A DNA stretch of 64,000 bases, from contig CAWGMA010000001.1 of assembly GCA_963823555.1 (NCBI GenBank), positions 704,001 through 768,000 of the forward strand, read 5' to 3'. Each line of letters starts with the position of its first letter. The stretch's first letter is position 1. Below the pieces are notes generated by a model. The model had not been told where the DNA came from. It did not search any database and saw nothing but the letters and a program-made list of their open reading frames with translations. The position numbers and the translations under genes were made by a program. This document shows, in pieces, positions 27,872 to 37,287 of this stretch. This DNA is from Candidatus Eiseniibacteriota bacterium. Lineage in GTDB: Bacteria; Eisenbacteria; RBG-16-71-46; CAVPCR01.

Positions 27872-28213
27872 ATGGTTCTGCCCAGAAACGGCAAGCTGCT
27901 GCGGATCTTCATCGGTGAAAACGACCGCCACGAAGGAATGGCGCTCTACGAGTGGATCGTCCGCGAGGCCCGCCGCCGCGGCCTGGCCGGGGCGACCGTG
28001 CTCCGTGGCCTCGAGGGTTTTGGCGCTCATAGCTTGCTGCACACGGCCAAGATCCTCCGGCTCTCCACCGACCTGCCCATTGTCGTCGAGATCGTCGACA
28101 CCGAGGAGAACATCGAGTCCTTTCTCGTGGTCATCGATGCGGCCGTCGAGGAGGGGCTCGCGACGGTCGAGAAGGTCGAGGTCCGGTTCTATCGCCCTGG
28201 AGATCGCAAGTAG
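27872..28213 (+). CDS. DUF190 (PII-like) protein
   Basis: LLRIFIGENDR...GLAGATVLRGLEGFG...LSTDLPIVVEIVD; usual neighbour of crcB. Confidence 0.92.
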   Translation: MVLPRNGKLLRIFIGENDRHEGMALYEWIVREARRRGLAGATVLRGLEGFGAHSLLHTAKILRLSTDLPIVVEIVDTEENIESFLVVIDAAVEEGLATVEKVEVRFYRPGDRK

Positions 28214-28214
28214 G

Positions 28215-28706
28215 ATGCCGTGGGCGACGGAACCGGGAAGGAGGTGGCTCGTGCGGTTCATCTTGTGGTGTCTGGCGGGCGCCCTCGTGGTCGGCCCCGC
28301 TGCGGCGGGGCCGACAGCGCCGGTCCCGATCCTGCCGGACACGCTCCAGTGGAGCGGCCCGCCGCAGATCCCCGGACTCAAGGGCGCCTGGGTCCTGGGC
28401 GCCGAGCGCGCGACCGGTTGCTATCTCCTCCGGGTCAAGCTGGCTCCGGGAACGCGCATCCCCCCGCACACGCATCCCGATGAACGCAGCACGACCGTGC
28501 TTGTCGGCACCATCTACGTCGGCTTCGGCGAGTCGTTCGATGAGGCGGCGATGCTCGCGGTCCCGGCCGGCGCGGTCTACGTCGCGCCGGCGAACGTGCC
28601 GCACTACATCTGGGCGAGGGACGGGGAGGCGGTCTACCAGGAGGCGGGCTGCGGCCCCACCGCGACCGCGTTCATTCCCCCTATGAGAGTGGAACCCGAC
28701 CACTAG
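28215..28706 (+). CDS. Exported cupin-domain protein
   Basis: Signal peptide; IPPHTHPDER..TVL.G...PANVPHY. Confidence 0.8.
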   Translation: MPWATEPGRRWLVRFILWCLAGALVVGPAAAGPTAPVPILPDTLQWSGPPQIPGLKGAWVLGAERATGCYLLRVKLAPGTRIPPHTHPDERSTTVLVGTIYVGFGESFDEAAMLAVPAGAVYVAPANVPHYIWARDGEAVYQEAGCGPTATAFIPPMRVEPDH

Positions 28707-28754
28707 CGAGCGTGGCCCCGGTTTCCGTCGCGCCGATCGATTCACGAGGGAGCC

Positions 28755-29495
28755 ATGACCGTTCCTGACTTCTCACCGCTGGCGTCGCTGTACGCGCAGG
28801 CCCGGCCGCGGTACCCAGAGGAGCTATTCGCCTTCCTCGCTGCCCTCGTGGATCGAAGGCGCCGGGCCTGGGATTGCGCCACCGGGAACGGTCAGGCCGC
28901 GCTGGGGCTCGTCGAACACTTCGCACACGTGGTGGCGACCGATGTCAGCATGGCCCAGATCCGCCACGCGGCGCCGCACCCGAAGATCGACTATGTCGCC
29001 GGCAGATCCGAGGACTCCGCGCTCGCAGCCGGGACCATCGATCTCGTCACGGTCGCCGCGGCCATCCACTGGTTCGATCTCGAGCGCTTTGTCATCGAGG
29101 CGGTGCGCGTGTTGCGCCCCGGGGGGGTGCTCGCGGCTTGGACGTATCATGTGGGTCGGGTCGAGCCACCCCTGGACGAGGTGTTCGCCCGCTTCTACCA
29201 GGAGGTCATCAGGCCCTATTTTGCACCCGCCGTGAAGGCCGTGGACGAGCGGTACGAGACACTCGACCTGCCGGGCGCAGGGATCGTGGCGGAGAAGTTC
29301 TGGATGAGCGCCCGCTGGACCCTGGATCAGATGCTCGCTTTCATCCGGAGCTGGAGCGCGACTGAGCGGTACATCCAGGAGCGAGGCGAGGATCCAGCGG
29401 TCCTCATTCGCCGGAAGCTGGAGCGGATCTGGGGCGAGAGCGATCGAGCCCTCACCGTGCGGTGGCCGCTGCACCTGCGCATCGTGCGGCTCTAG
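28755..29495 (+). CDS. Class I SAM-dependent methyltransferase
   Basis: YAQARPRYP, AWDCATGNGQAA, AIHWFD and RVLRPGG. Confidence 0.9.
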   Translation: MTVPDFSPLASLYAQARPRYPEELFAFLAALVDRRRRAWDCATGNGQAALGLVEHFAHVVATDVSMAQIRHAAPHPKIDYVAGRSEDSALAAGTIDLVTVAAAIHWFDLERFVIEAVRVLRPGGVLAAWTYHVGRVEPPLDEVFARFYQEVIRPYFAPAVKAVDERYETLDLPGAGIVAEKFWMSARWTLDQMLAFIRSWSATERYIQERGEDPAVLIRRKLERIWGESDRALTVRWPLHLRIVRL

Positions 29496-29542
29496 CCATG
29501 GCCGGCGATGGAGAGGAACAGCAGACCGCGACGAGGGAGGTC

Positions 29543-29914
29543 ATGATGGACCACGGCCCGGGCTTCGTTGTCCTGTATCGCTGGCGGCTCCGCCCCGGCA
29601 TGCAAGCGTCGTTCATCGCCGCCTGGTCGCGCGTCACGAGGAAGCTGCGCGAGGAGAGGGGCTCGTGGGGATCGCGGCTCCACCGCGGACCCGACGGGCT
29701 CTGGTACGGCTACGCGCAGTGGCCCAGCGCGGAGGCGCGCCAGCAAGCGGCCGCGCCTCCGGTCGATGCCGGGGCCCTCGAGGAGATGCAAGCGGCGGTG
29801 GCCGAGCGCTATCCGGAGCTGGTCCTGGAGTCAGTAGCCGACTTTCTCGTGTGGCCCGATCCGCGCGGCGAATCCGGTCTCATGGAAGTGGACGACGATG
29901 TCTGCGGGAAGTGA
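29543..29914 (+). CDS. Antibiotic-biosynthesis-monooxygenase (ABM)-like protein
   Basis: FVVLYRWRLRPG...GSWGSRLH...YAQWPS; GGGAGG RBS. Confidence 0.75.
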   Translation: MMDHGPGFVVLYRWRLRPGMQASFIAAWSRVTRKLREERGSWGSRLHRGPDGLWYGYAQWPSAEARQQAAAPPVDAGALEEMQAAVAERYPELVLESVADFLVWPDPRGESGLMEVDDDVCGK

Positions 29915-30671
29915 GCGCTCAGAGCGGCCCGCCCGGGTCGGGCCCCGCCTCTATGCCGAGTTCGCGGCCTGGTGGCCGTTGCTCTCGGCTCCCGCCGATT
30001 ATGCCGAGGAAGCGGCGTTCTATCGCGATACCCTCCTTTCCGTCTCCCGTTCCCGGCCCCGATCCTTGCTCGAGATCGGATGCGGCGGCGGGAACAACGC
30101 GTTCCACCTCAAGAACCACTTCGAGCTCACCCTGGTGGATGCATCTCGCGGCATGCTGGCCGTGAGCCGGTTGCTGAATCCCGAGTGCGAGCACCACCTG
30201 GGAGACATGCGCAGCGTTCGTCTCGGCTGGATCTACGATGCGGTGTTCATCCACGACGCGATCATGTACATGACCACGGAGGCCGACCTGGCCCTGGCCG
30301 TCGAGACCGCCTTCGTCCACTGCCGGCCCGGAGGGGTCGCGCTCTTCGCTCCGGACCATGTGCGGGAGACCTACCGGCCGCGCTCGCATTGCGGAGGCCA
30401 TGACGGTGCCGAGCGGTCGATGCGATATCTGGAGTGGGAATGGGATCCCGATCCGGCCGACACCGAGACCGTGGCCGATTTCGCGTACTTGCTGCGCGAG
30501 GGCACTCAAGCGCCCAGGGTCGAGTACGATCGCCACGTCATGGGCCTGTTCCCGCGCCGGCGCTGGCTCGAGCTCCTGGCCGTGGCGGGATTCAAGCCCT
30601 CCTCCGTGCCGTTCGAGCACAGCGAAATCGAGCCGGGATCGAGCGAAGTCTTCGTGGGCCTTCGGCCATGA
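29898..30671 (+). CDS. Class I SAM-dependent methyltransferase
   Basis: LLEIGCGGGNNA, GDMR, DAVFIHDAIMY and HCRPGG. Confidence 0.88.
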   Translation: MSAGSERSERPARVGPRLYAEFAAWWPLLSAPADYAEEAAFYRDTLLSVSRSRPRSLLEIGCGGGNNAFHLKNHFELTLVDASRGMLAVSRLLNPECEHHLGDMRSVRLGWIYDAVFIHDAIMYMTTEADLALAVETAFVHCRPGGVALFAPDHVRETYRPRSHCGGHDGAERSMRYLEWEWDPDPADTETVADFAYLLREGTQAPRVEYDRHVMGLFPRRRWLELLAVAGFKPSSVPFEHSEIEPGSSEVFVGLRP

Positions 30672-30683
30672 TGGACACTCGGC

Positions 30684-32228
30684 ATGAGTCCTGATCGCGA
30701 CATGCGTCGGGCGAACGCGATTCTGATCGGTCTCGCCGCGCTCCATTTCCTTGTCGAGTGGGTGCCCGGGATCAGCGGGCCGTATGGCTTCTTCATCGAC
30801 GAGTTCTACTACCTCGCGTGCGCTGACCATCTCGCATTCGGCTACGTGGATCATCCGCCGCTATCGATCGTCCTCCTCTGGCTGATCCGGGCCGCCATCG
30901 GCGACTCGCTCGCCGCCTTGCGCGTCGTCCCCGCCCTGGCGGGCGCGGCGACTGTCCTCCTCACCGGGTTCATGGCCCGGCGCCTCGGCGCCGGCGCCTG
31001 GGGCCAGGGCCTGGCGGCGGGTGCTGTGGCGGCCGCCGGGATCCTCCAGGTGATGTTCAGCTTCTATTCGATGAACGCGCTCTCCGCGCTGATGTGGACC
31101 ATCTGCTTCTGGATCCTGATCGAGATCGAACGGCGCGATGAGCCCCGCCTGTGGCTCGTCGTCGGCGCCCTCGCCGGCCTCGAGATGCAGAACAAGCACA
31201 CCTTCGTCCTCTTGCTCCTGGGGCTCGCCGCCGGAATGATCCTGACGCGGGCTCGCCGCCATCTGGCGAGCCGCTGGCTGTGGCTCGGCCTCGCGGTCAT
31301 GCTCGGGATCTTGTTACCGAATGTGCTCTGGCAGGCCGCGCACGGCTGGCCGTCGATCGAGTTCTACCGGAACGCCGATCTCTACAAGAACGTTCCCACC
31401 CCGCCCCTCGAGGTCTTGTGGCAGCAGGTGCTGTTCATGAACCCGGCGACGCTTCCGGTGTGGCTTGCGGGTCTCATCTTCTTTCTCTTTCTTCCGGGCG
31501 GGCGCTCCCTCCGCCACCTGGGCTGGATCTTCGTCATCCTCCTGGCGCTCATGCTGGTGGGACAGAAGAGCCGGCCGGACCGGATCGCGAGCGCCTACAC
31601 CGCGCTCTTCGCCGGCGGCGGGCTCGTGCTCGAGGAGCTGGCCCGGCGCCGCGGGTTTGCCTGGCTCCGCCTCGCGTTGCCCGCGGCACTCGTCATCGGG
31701 GGAGGCGCACTGGCGCCGCTCGGGTTGCCGCTGCTCTCGCCGCGCCTGACGGGCGCTTATGCCGCGGCTCTCGGGATCACTCCGCAGATCGAGAGCGGCG
31801 AGGGCAAGCGTACGCCCATACCACAATGGCTCGCCGATCGCCTGGGCTGGGAGGAACTCGTCGCCGACGTGGTCGCCGTCGCCGCGGAGATCGACCCGGC
31901 GGAGCGGGACCGGGCGATCATCCTCGCCCCGAGCTACGGGCAGGGTGGTGCGATCGAGCGGCTCGGCCGCGGGCGCGGCCTCCCGCCCGTCTACGCCTTG
32001 CAGAACAGCTACTCGGAGTGGGGGCCGCCCCCGGATCCCGTGCCGGTCGCCATCATCATCGGACTTGAGGAGTCGACCGTGCGGCAGCTCTACCGGGAGG
32101 TCCGGATGGCGCGGATCCATGATTGCGACGGTTGCATGCCCTGGCGCGACGAGGTGCCGATCTGGCTCGCCCGCGGTCCCAGGGTGACTTTCAAGGAGGC
32201 CTGGCCGCATCTGATCCACTATGAATGA
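30684..32228 (+). CDS. GT-C membrane glycosyltransferase (GT39/ArnT-like)
   Basis: DEFYYLAC..HLAFGYVDHPPL, NKHT, PNVLWQ and many TM helices. Confidence 0.88.
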   Translation: MSPDRDMRRANAILIGLAALHFLVEWVPGISGPYGFFIDEFYYLACADHLAFGYVDHPPLSIVLLWLIRAAIGDSLAALRVVPALAGAATVLLTGFMARRLGAGAWGQGLAAGAVAAAGILQVMFSFYSMNALSALMWTICFWILIEIERRDEPRLWLVVGALAGLEMQNKHTFVLLLLGLAAGMILTRARRHLASRWLWLGLAVMLGILLPNVLWQAAHGWPSIEFYRNADLYKNVPTPPLEVLWQQVLFMNPATLPVWLAGLIFFLFLPGGRSLRHLGWIFVILLALMLVGQKSRPDRIASAYTALFAGGGLVLEELARRRGFAWLRLALPAALVIGGGALAPLGLPLLSPRLTGAYAAALGITPQIESGEGKRTPIPQWLADRLGWEELVADVVAVAAEIDPAERDRAIILAPSYGQGGAIERLGRGRGLPPVYALQNSYSEWGPPPDPVPVAIIIGLEESTVRQLYREVRMARIHDCDGCMPWRDEVPIWLARGPRVTFKEAWPHLIHYE

Positions 32229-32275
32229 GAGCCGCGAATGAAAGTCCGAAATGGCCCGGAACAAAGGAGGCGATC

Positions 32276-32746
32276 ATGACCGCGGAGCCGGCGTTCGATG
32301 TCAAAGCTGCTCATCGCTACTTTGCCGCCGACTGCTTCAACAAGGCCTGGGACCTGATCGACAAGCAGAACCGGACGCCCGAGGAAGACCGGTTGATGAT
32401 CAGTCTGAACCAGGCTTCGATCTACCACTGGACCGAACGCGAGGACTGCGGCGACCAGCAGATGTCGGTCGGTTACTGGCAGGCATCCCGCATTCATGCG
32501 CTCCTCAGTCTCGCCGCCGAGGCCGGGCGCTATGCAGAGGTCTGCCTCCATTACAGCCGCGAGCTGCCGCCCTTCTACCATGCCTATGCCTATGAGGCGC
32601 TGGCGCGGGCGGCGATGCTGGCGGGCGATCGCCATGAGGCGCAGGAGTATGCGGCCAAGGCGATGGCGCTCACGGATCAGATCGAGGACAAGGCGGAACG
32701 CGAGCTCCTGCTCAGCGATCTCGCGCAGATCACGGGCATGACATAG
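32276..32746 (+). CDS. Hypothetical helical protein
   Basis: AAGGAGG RBS; AHRYFAADCFNKAWDLIDK...ASIYHW...AYAYEALARA. Confidence 0.8.
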   Translation: MTAEPAFDVKAAHRYFAADCFNKAWDLIDKQNRTPEEDRLMISLNQASIYHWTEREDCGDQQMSVGYWQASRIHALLSLAAEAGRYAEVCLHYSRELPPFYHAYAYEALARAAMLAGDRHEAQEYAAKAMALTDQIEDKAERELLLSDLAQITGMT

Positions 32747-32857
32747 CCGCGGGTCCACCCCGGGAGCGCCATCGCCGGCCGAACTGTGGCATATTGGAAT
32801 GTCGGTCTTCGTGCGATCGTGATGTCCAAGGAAGATGGAGCGCGCTGATCAGCCACT

Positions 32858-33955
32858 ATGTTCCAACGACCGATCATCATGGCTCTCGCGGCGGCGGTGC
32901 TGTTCGGAGCGGCGACCCCGGCAAGCAAGATGCTCCTTGGTTCGCTTGCGCCCTTCCAGCTCGCCGGACTCCTCTACCTGGGAGCCGCCCTCGGCGTCGC
33001 GCCGGCGGCCTGGCGACGCGGAGCGGGAATCCGTCTCCCCGGCCGGGAGGACCGGCGCAACCGATGGCGCTTGCTCGGTGCGATCGTTGCCGGTGGGATC
33101 CTTGGTCCCATCTTCCTGCTCCTCGGTCTGCGCCTGGCGGCGGCGTCCTCGGTCTCACTCTGGCTCAACCTCGAAGTCGCGGCCACGGCTCTCCTGGGGG
33201 TTTTGTTCTTCCGCGACCATCTGGGCCTGCCCGGGTGGGCGGGTGTGGCCTGCGCCCTCGGGGCATCGGCCCTGCTCTCGGCATTCGGCGGCGCCGCGGG
33301 ATGGACGGCGGGGGGGCTCATTCTCGCCGCATGCGTGTGCTGGGGGCTCGACAACCATCTCACGGCCCTCATCGACGGCATCACGCCGGCCGAGAGCACG
33401 TTCTGGAAGGGGCTGATCGCGGGGACGACCAACCTGACGATCGGCCTGGCCCTGGATCCGATCACCGAGCTGTATCCGGTGCTCGCCGCGCTCGCCATCG
33501 GTGTCTGGTCCTACGGTTTCAGCATCGTCCTCTACATCGCCGGGGCGCAGGCGATCGGCGCCACGCGTGCGCAGGTCGTCTTCGCGAGCGCTCCATTCTT
33601 CGGAGTTGCGCTCTCCATCCTCGTGCTGGGAGATTCGCTGGGACCCGCCCACGTCGCTTCGGGACTGCTGTTCGTCACGGCCATCGGCTTGTTGGCCCTG
33701 GAACAGCATGGACATGTTCACGAACATGGGGCCATCGAGCATGAGCATGCCCATCGCCACGATGATGGGCACCACGATCACGACCATGATGAGAATGATG
33801 CGGTGGGCCACGACCGTGACTCATCGAACTCGGTCCGGCACACGCACCGCCACCGTCATCGGGCTCTCGTCCATGCCCATCCACACTGGCCGGATCTCCA
33901 CCATCGCCACCCGCATCCCCCGGGGGATCGAGAGGGAGCGCAGCCGAGACCATGA
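32858..33955 (+). CDS. DMT/EamA transporter with a His-rich C-terminal tail
   Basis: LFGAATPASK, LYLGA, CWGLDNHLT and the tail HGHVHEH..HEHAHRHDDGHHDHDH...HAHPHWPDLHHRHPH. Confidence 0.9.
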   Translation: MFQRPIIMALAAAVLFGAATPASKMLLGSLAPFQLAGLLYLGAALGVAPAAWRRGAGIRLPGREDRRNRWRLLGAIVAGGILGPIFLLLGLRLAAASSVSLWLNLEVAATALLGVLFFRDHLGLPGWAGVACALGASALLSAFGGAAGWTAGGLILAACVCWGLDNHLTALIDGITPAESTFWKGLIAGTTNLTIGLALDPITELYPVLAALAIGVWSYGFSIVLYIAGAQAIGATRAQVVFASAPFFGVALSILVLGDSLGPAHVASGLLFVTAIGLLALEQHGHVHEHGAIEHEHAHRHDDGHHDHDHDENDAVGHDRDSSNSVRHTHRHRHRALVHAHPHWPDLHHRHPHPPGDREGAQPRP

Positions 33956-34398
33956 AGCTGCGCATCCGTGACGCCGTAACCGCCGATGCGGCCGCGCTCG
34001 CCGAGCTCATCACCCAGCTCGGCTACCCGACCACCGCAGTCGAGATGGCGGAGCGGCTTGCGGGACTGGCCGCGGATCCGGCGTATCGCACTCTCGTCGC
34101 GCTGAGGGGTGAACGAGTGGTGGGGGTCGTCGGCGTGGGTCTCGGGCGCTACTACGAGCGGAACGGTCGCTATGCTCGCCTCCTGGTGCTCGCGGTCGAG
34201 GAGAGGGAGCGCGGCGGCGGTGTCGGCAGGCAGCTGACCCGGGCGGCCGAGAGCTGGGCCGGGGTTCAAGGCGCCCGTGCCATGATCGTCAACGCCGGCC
34301 GGCAGCGCACCGCGGCGCACCGGTTCTACGAGAGCCAGGGCTACGTCGCCAATGGATTCCGCTTCGTCAAGGAGCTGCCCCGCCCCGGCATCGTGTGA
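33952..34398 (+). CDS. GNAT acetyltransferase
   Basis: IRDA..ADA, LGYP, LAVEERERGGGVGRQL and AHRFYE. Confidence 0.88.
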   Translation: MKLRIRDAVTADAAALAELITQLGYPTTAVEMAERLAGLAADPAYRTLVALRGERVVGVVGVGLGRYYERNGRYARLLVLAVEERERGGGVGRQLTRAAESWAGVQGARAMIVNAGRQRTAAHRFYESQGYVANGFRFVKELPRPGIV

Positions 34399-34410
34399 AG
34401 GAGGGATATC

Positions 34411-34932
34411 ATGTCTTTCCAGATCGATGAGTCGATCGCTGTTCTCTCCGCAACGCCCGGGGTCCTGCGCTCGCTCCTGGCGGGGTTGCCGGCCGGGTGG
34501 CTCGCCACCAACGAAGGCCCGGACACCTGGAGCCCTCGCGACATTCTCGGTCACCTCATCCATGGTGAGGACACGGACTGGATCCCTCGCGCCGAGATGA
34601 TCCTCGACGGCAGGAGCGATCCCTTCCCGCCCTTCGATCGCTTTGCCCAGTTCCAGCGGTTCGCCGGGAAGGATCTCCCCGAACTCCTCGATCTCTTTGC
34701 CCGGAGCCGCCAGGAGAACCTGGCGCTGCTCCGGAGCTGGCAGCTCACGCCGGCCGAGCTGGGGCTCCAGGGTGTGCATCCCGATCTTGGAGCGGTTACC
34801 CTCGCGGAGCTCCTGGCCACGTGGGTCGTCCACGATCTGAACCACATCGGCCAGATGGCGCGTGTTCTCGCCCGGCGCTATGCTCGCGATACCGGACCCT
34901 GGCAGGCCTATCTGCCGATTCTCACGCGCTGA
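34411..34932 (+). CDS. DinB/YfiT family protein
   Basis: WSPRDILGHLIHGE.TDW, HPDLG.VTL and WVVHDLNH. Confidence 0.88.
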   Translation: MSFQIDESIAVLSATPGVLRSLLAGLPAGWLATNEGPDTWSPRDILGHLIHGEDTDWIPRAEMILDGRSDPFPPFDRFAQFQRFAGKDLPELLDLFARSRQENLALLRSWQLTPAELGLQGVHPDLGAVTLAELLATWVVHDLNHIGQMARVLARRYARDTGPWQAYLPILTR

Positions 34933-34986
34933 TCCCGGGCGTGGTCGCCCGCGATCGTTCCCTCAAGGTCCTTGGGAGGTGATGCC

Positions 34987-35166
34987 ATGACCAGGCGGAC
35001 AGCCGTTGTCCTCGGCAACGCTATCGTGTGGGCGGTGGTCGTGATCGCCGCCGCCTCGGTTCTCAGCGGAACGCCGTATGCCAGCCAGGTGCGATTGATC
35101 CTGGGCGGCGGCGCCGCCGCGAGCATTCTGATCGTCGGCGCCGGCATGCGACGGGAAGCCGGCTAG
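34987..35166 (+). CDS. Small two-TM membrane protein (59 aa)
   Basis: GGAGG RBS; two hydrophobic helices. Confidence 0.6.
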   Translation: MTRRTAVVLGNAIVWAVVVIAAASVLSGTPYASQVRLILGGGAAASILIVGAGMRREAG

Positions 35167-35183
35167 AGGGAGGAAGATCGCCC

Positions 35184-35648
35184 ATGGCAGCACCCACCCT
35201 GCTTGTCGCCAGGACCGGGAGATGGCAAGGCACCAACCGGTTGTGGCTTTCTCCGGAGGATCCCGTGCGCGAATCCCCGTCCCGGGCCGTTGTCGCCCTT
35301 CTGGCGCGCGGTCAATTCGCCACCATCCGGTACACCTGGTTCGAGGACGACGAGCAGGAAGGCATGCTCGTGATCTCGCAGGAGCGGGGCTCGGATGTTA
35401 CGCAGGCGGTCTGGGTCGATTCATGGCACATGGGCAGCAGGTTCATGCCGTGCGAAGGGGTCATCGAGCCGAGCGGTGCGATCCGCGTCAAGGGCTTCTA
35501 CCCGGCGCCGACCGGGCCCGACTGGGGGTGGATCATCGCTTTCGAACCGCTGGCCGGCGGCGGCTTCCGGATGGTGATGTACAACGTGACTCCCGACGGC
35601 CAGGAGATGCTGGCCGTCGATACCGCCTATGCGCGCGACGAAAGGTGA
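35184..35648 (+). CDS. DUF1579-like beta-barrel protein
   Basis: GRWQGTNRLW, QEGML, WVDSWHM and GPDWGW. Confidence 0.75.
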   Translation: MAAPTLLVARTGRWQGTNRLWLSPEDPVRESPSRAVVALLARGQFATIRYTWFEDDEQEGMLVISQERGSDVTQAVWVDSWHMGSRFMPCEGVIEPSGAIRVKGFYPAPTGPDWGWIIAFEPLAGGGFRMVMYNVTPDGQEMLAVDTAYARDER

Positions 35649-35654
35649 GGGCTC

Positions 35655-36149
35655 ATGATCGGCGATGTCCGGCTCCGGGGAGTCCGGGAGGACGATCTTC
35701 CGGTCTTTTTTGCCCACCATCGGGACCCGGACGCGAACCACATGGCGGCGTTCACGGCCAGGAATCCGGCGGACCACATGGCCTTCCTGGCGCACTGGCA
35801 GAAGATCCTCGGTGACGAGACCGCCATCATCCGAACGATCATCTGCGACGGACAGGTGGCCGGGCACGTCCTCAGCTTCGAGCAGCTCGGCAAGCGAGAG
35901 GTGAGCTACTGGATCGGTAGGGAGTTCTGGGGGCGAGGTATTGCCACAGCGGCGCTCGCCCGGTTCCTGGATCAGGTCCTCACCTTGCGTCCCGTCTATG
36001 CCCGGGTCGCCAAGGACAACGTCGCTTCCATCCGTGTGCTCGAGAAGTGCGGGTTCGTGATCGTGGGAGAGGACAAGGGGTTCGCGAATGCGCGCGGCGA
36101 GGAGATCGAGGAGTTCATCCTGGAGCTGGATGGCGGAGGCGAGGGGTAG
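35655..36149 (+). CDS. GNAT acetyltransferase (RimJ/RimL type)
   Basis: VSYWIGREFWGRGIAT and DNVASIRVLEKCGF. Confidence 0.9.
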   Translation: MIGDVRLRGVREDDLPVFFAHHRDPDANHMAAFTARNPADHMAFLAHWQKILGDETAIIRTIICDGQVAGHVLSFEQLGKREVSYWIGREFWGRGIATAALARFLDQVLTLRPVYARVAKDNVASIRVLEKCGFVIVGEDKGFANARGEEIEEFILELDGGGEG

Positions 36150-36188
36150 GGCGCCCTTCAAGCCCGAGGATCCGCCACGGGAAGCGGC

Positions 36189-36911
36189 ATGCAGTCGGAG
36201 TACTACGCACAGAAGCTCGCCGGCCGGAGGTTGCAGCGCTGCTATGAGCTGGCAGCACCTCGCGTGCAGCAGTACCTGGAGGCGGAGATCCAGCATGTCC
36301 TGAGCCGCCTTCGGCCAACCGATGTCGTGCTCGAGCTGGGCTGCGGATATGGTCGCGTCGCCGGGAGGCTTGGCGGCGGAGCCCGGTGCGTGGTGGCGAT
36401 CGACACCTCTCGGGAGAGCCTGCTCCTTGCTAGAGAGGCAGGACGCTCGAGCGACCCGATCCACTTCCTGTGCATGGATGCCCTGGCGCTGGGATTTCCG
36501 CCGAGCGCATTCGACGTCGTGGTCTGCGTGCAGAACGGGATCTGCGCCTTCGGGGTCGATCAGGAGGCTCTGCTCCGCGAGTCGCTGCGGGTCCTTCGCC
36601 CGGGTGGGCGGTTGCTCATGTCCACCTACTCGGATCGGTTCTGGCCCCACCGTCTCTCCTGGTTCGAGGCGCAGGCGGCGGAGGGGCTCCTCGGCCCCAT
36701 CGATCACGGGGCCAGCCGTGATGGCGCGATCGTGTGCCGTGATGGCTTCCGTGCCGGGCGGCTCACGCCCGGGGAACTCCGCCGGCTCGGCTCGAGCCTG
36801 GGGCTCGAGGCCCGGGTCGAGGAGATCGATGGTTCCAGCGTGTTCTGCGAGATCACGAAGCAGAAGCCCCGGCAGGACGCCGACGCTTCGCGCGTTGGAC
36901 CGCTGGCCTAG
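36189..36911 (+). CDS. Class I SAM-dependent methyltransferase
   Basis: VLELGCGYGR, FDVVVC and RVLRPGG. Confidence 0.85.
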   Translation: MQSEYYAQKLAGRRLQRCYELAAPRVQQYLEAEIQHVLSRLRPTDVVLELGCGYGRVAGRLGGGARCVVAIDTSRESLLLAREAGRSSDPIHFLCMDALALGFPPSAFDVVVCVQNGICAFGVDQEALLRESLRVLRPGGRLLMSTYSDRFWPHRLSWFEAQAAEGLLGPIDHGASRDGAIVCRDGFRAGRLTPGELRRLGSSLGLEARVEEIDGSSVFCEITKQKPRQDADASRVGPLA

Positions 36912-36915
36912 GAGC

Positions 36916-37112
36916 TCAGCGAGTCGCGCAGCGCCCTGCTTCATTGCCTCCGCCGCGCGCCGGTTCATCTCCTCGGGACTCAGGTCTTCCTTGTGCGTGG
37001 CGATCGTCCACTCGTGCCCTGCCGGGTCCACGATCGTTCCACTGCGATCCCCGTAGAACTGATCCTTCAGCGGACGCTTGACCTGGGCGCCCGCCGACAC
37101 CGCCTTCTGGAA
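36916..37112 (-). pseudogene. C-terminal fragment of a VOC/glyoxalase (PhnB-like) gene
   Basis: FQKAVSAGAQVKRPLKDQFYGDRSGTIVDPAGHEWTIATHKEDLSPEEM, preceded directly by an in-frame TAG; N-terminal half absent; no own stop nearby. Confidence 0.75.
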
Positions 37113-37287
37113 CTAGGCGTGCCCGGGTCCCGCTCGCCAACGGCCCGGCTCCCGCCGGCCACGCGGCCCGGGGCTTGCTTTCGGCCGGCCGACGGGACTA
37201 GCCTTGTGAAGCGCGCCCGCGCATCCTCTTGTCGCAGGCCGTTCTCACCGTGACTACCGCACGTCGTTGATGGTCGAGTATTCTCTG

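Noticed and set aside
29504..29545. GGCGATGGAG resembling the 5' end of a fluoride riboswitch
   Set aside because: The complementary TCGCC and downstream conserved elements are absent, and it is not in front of a fluoride gene.
35421..36915. 559-aa minus-strand ORF as a VOC fusion protein
   Set aside because: Only the first ~55 aa are VOC-like; the rest is antisense read-through of three real genes.
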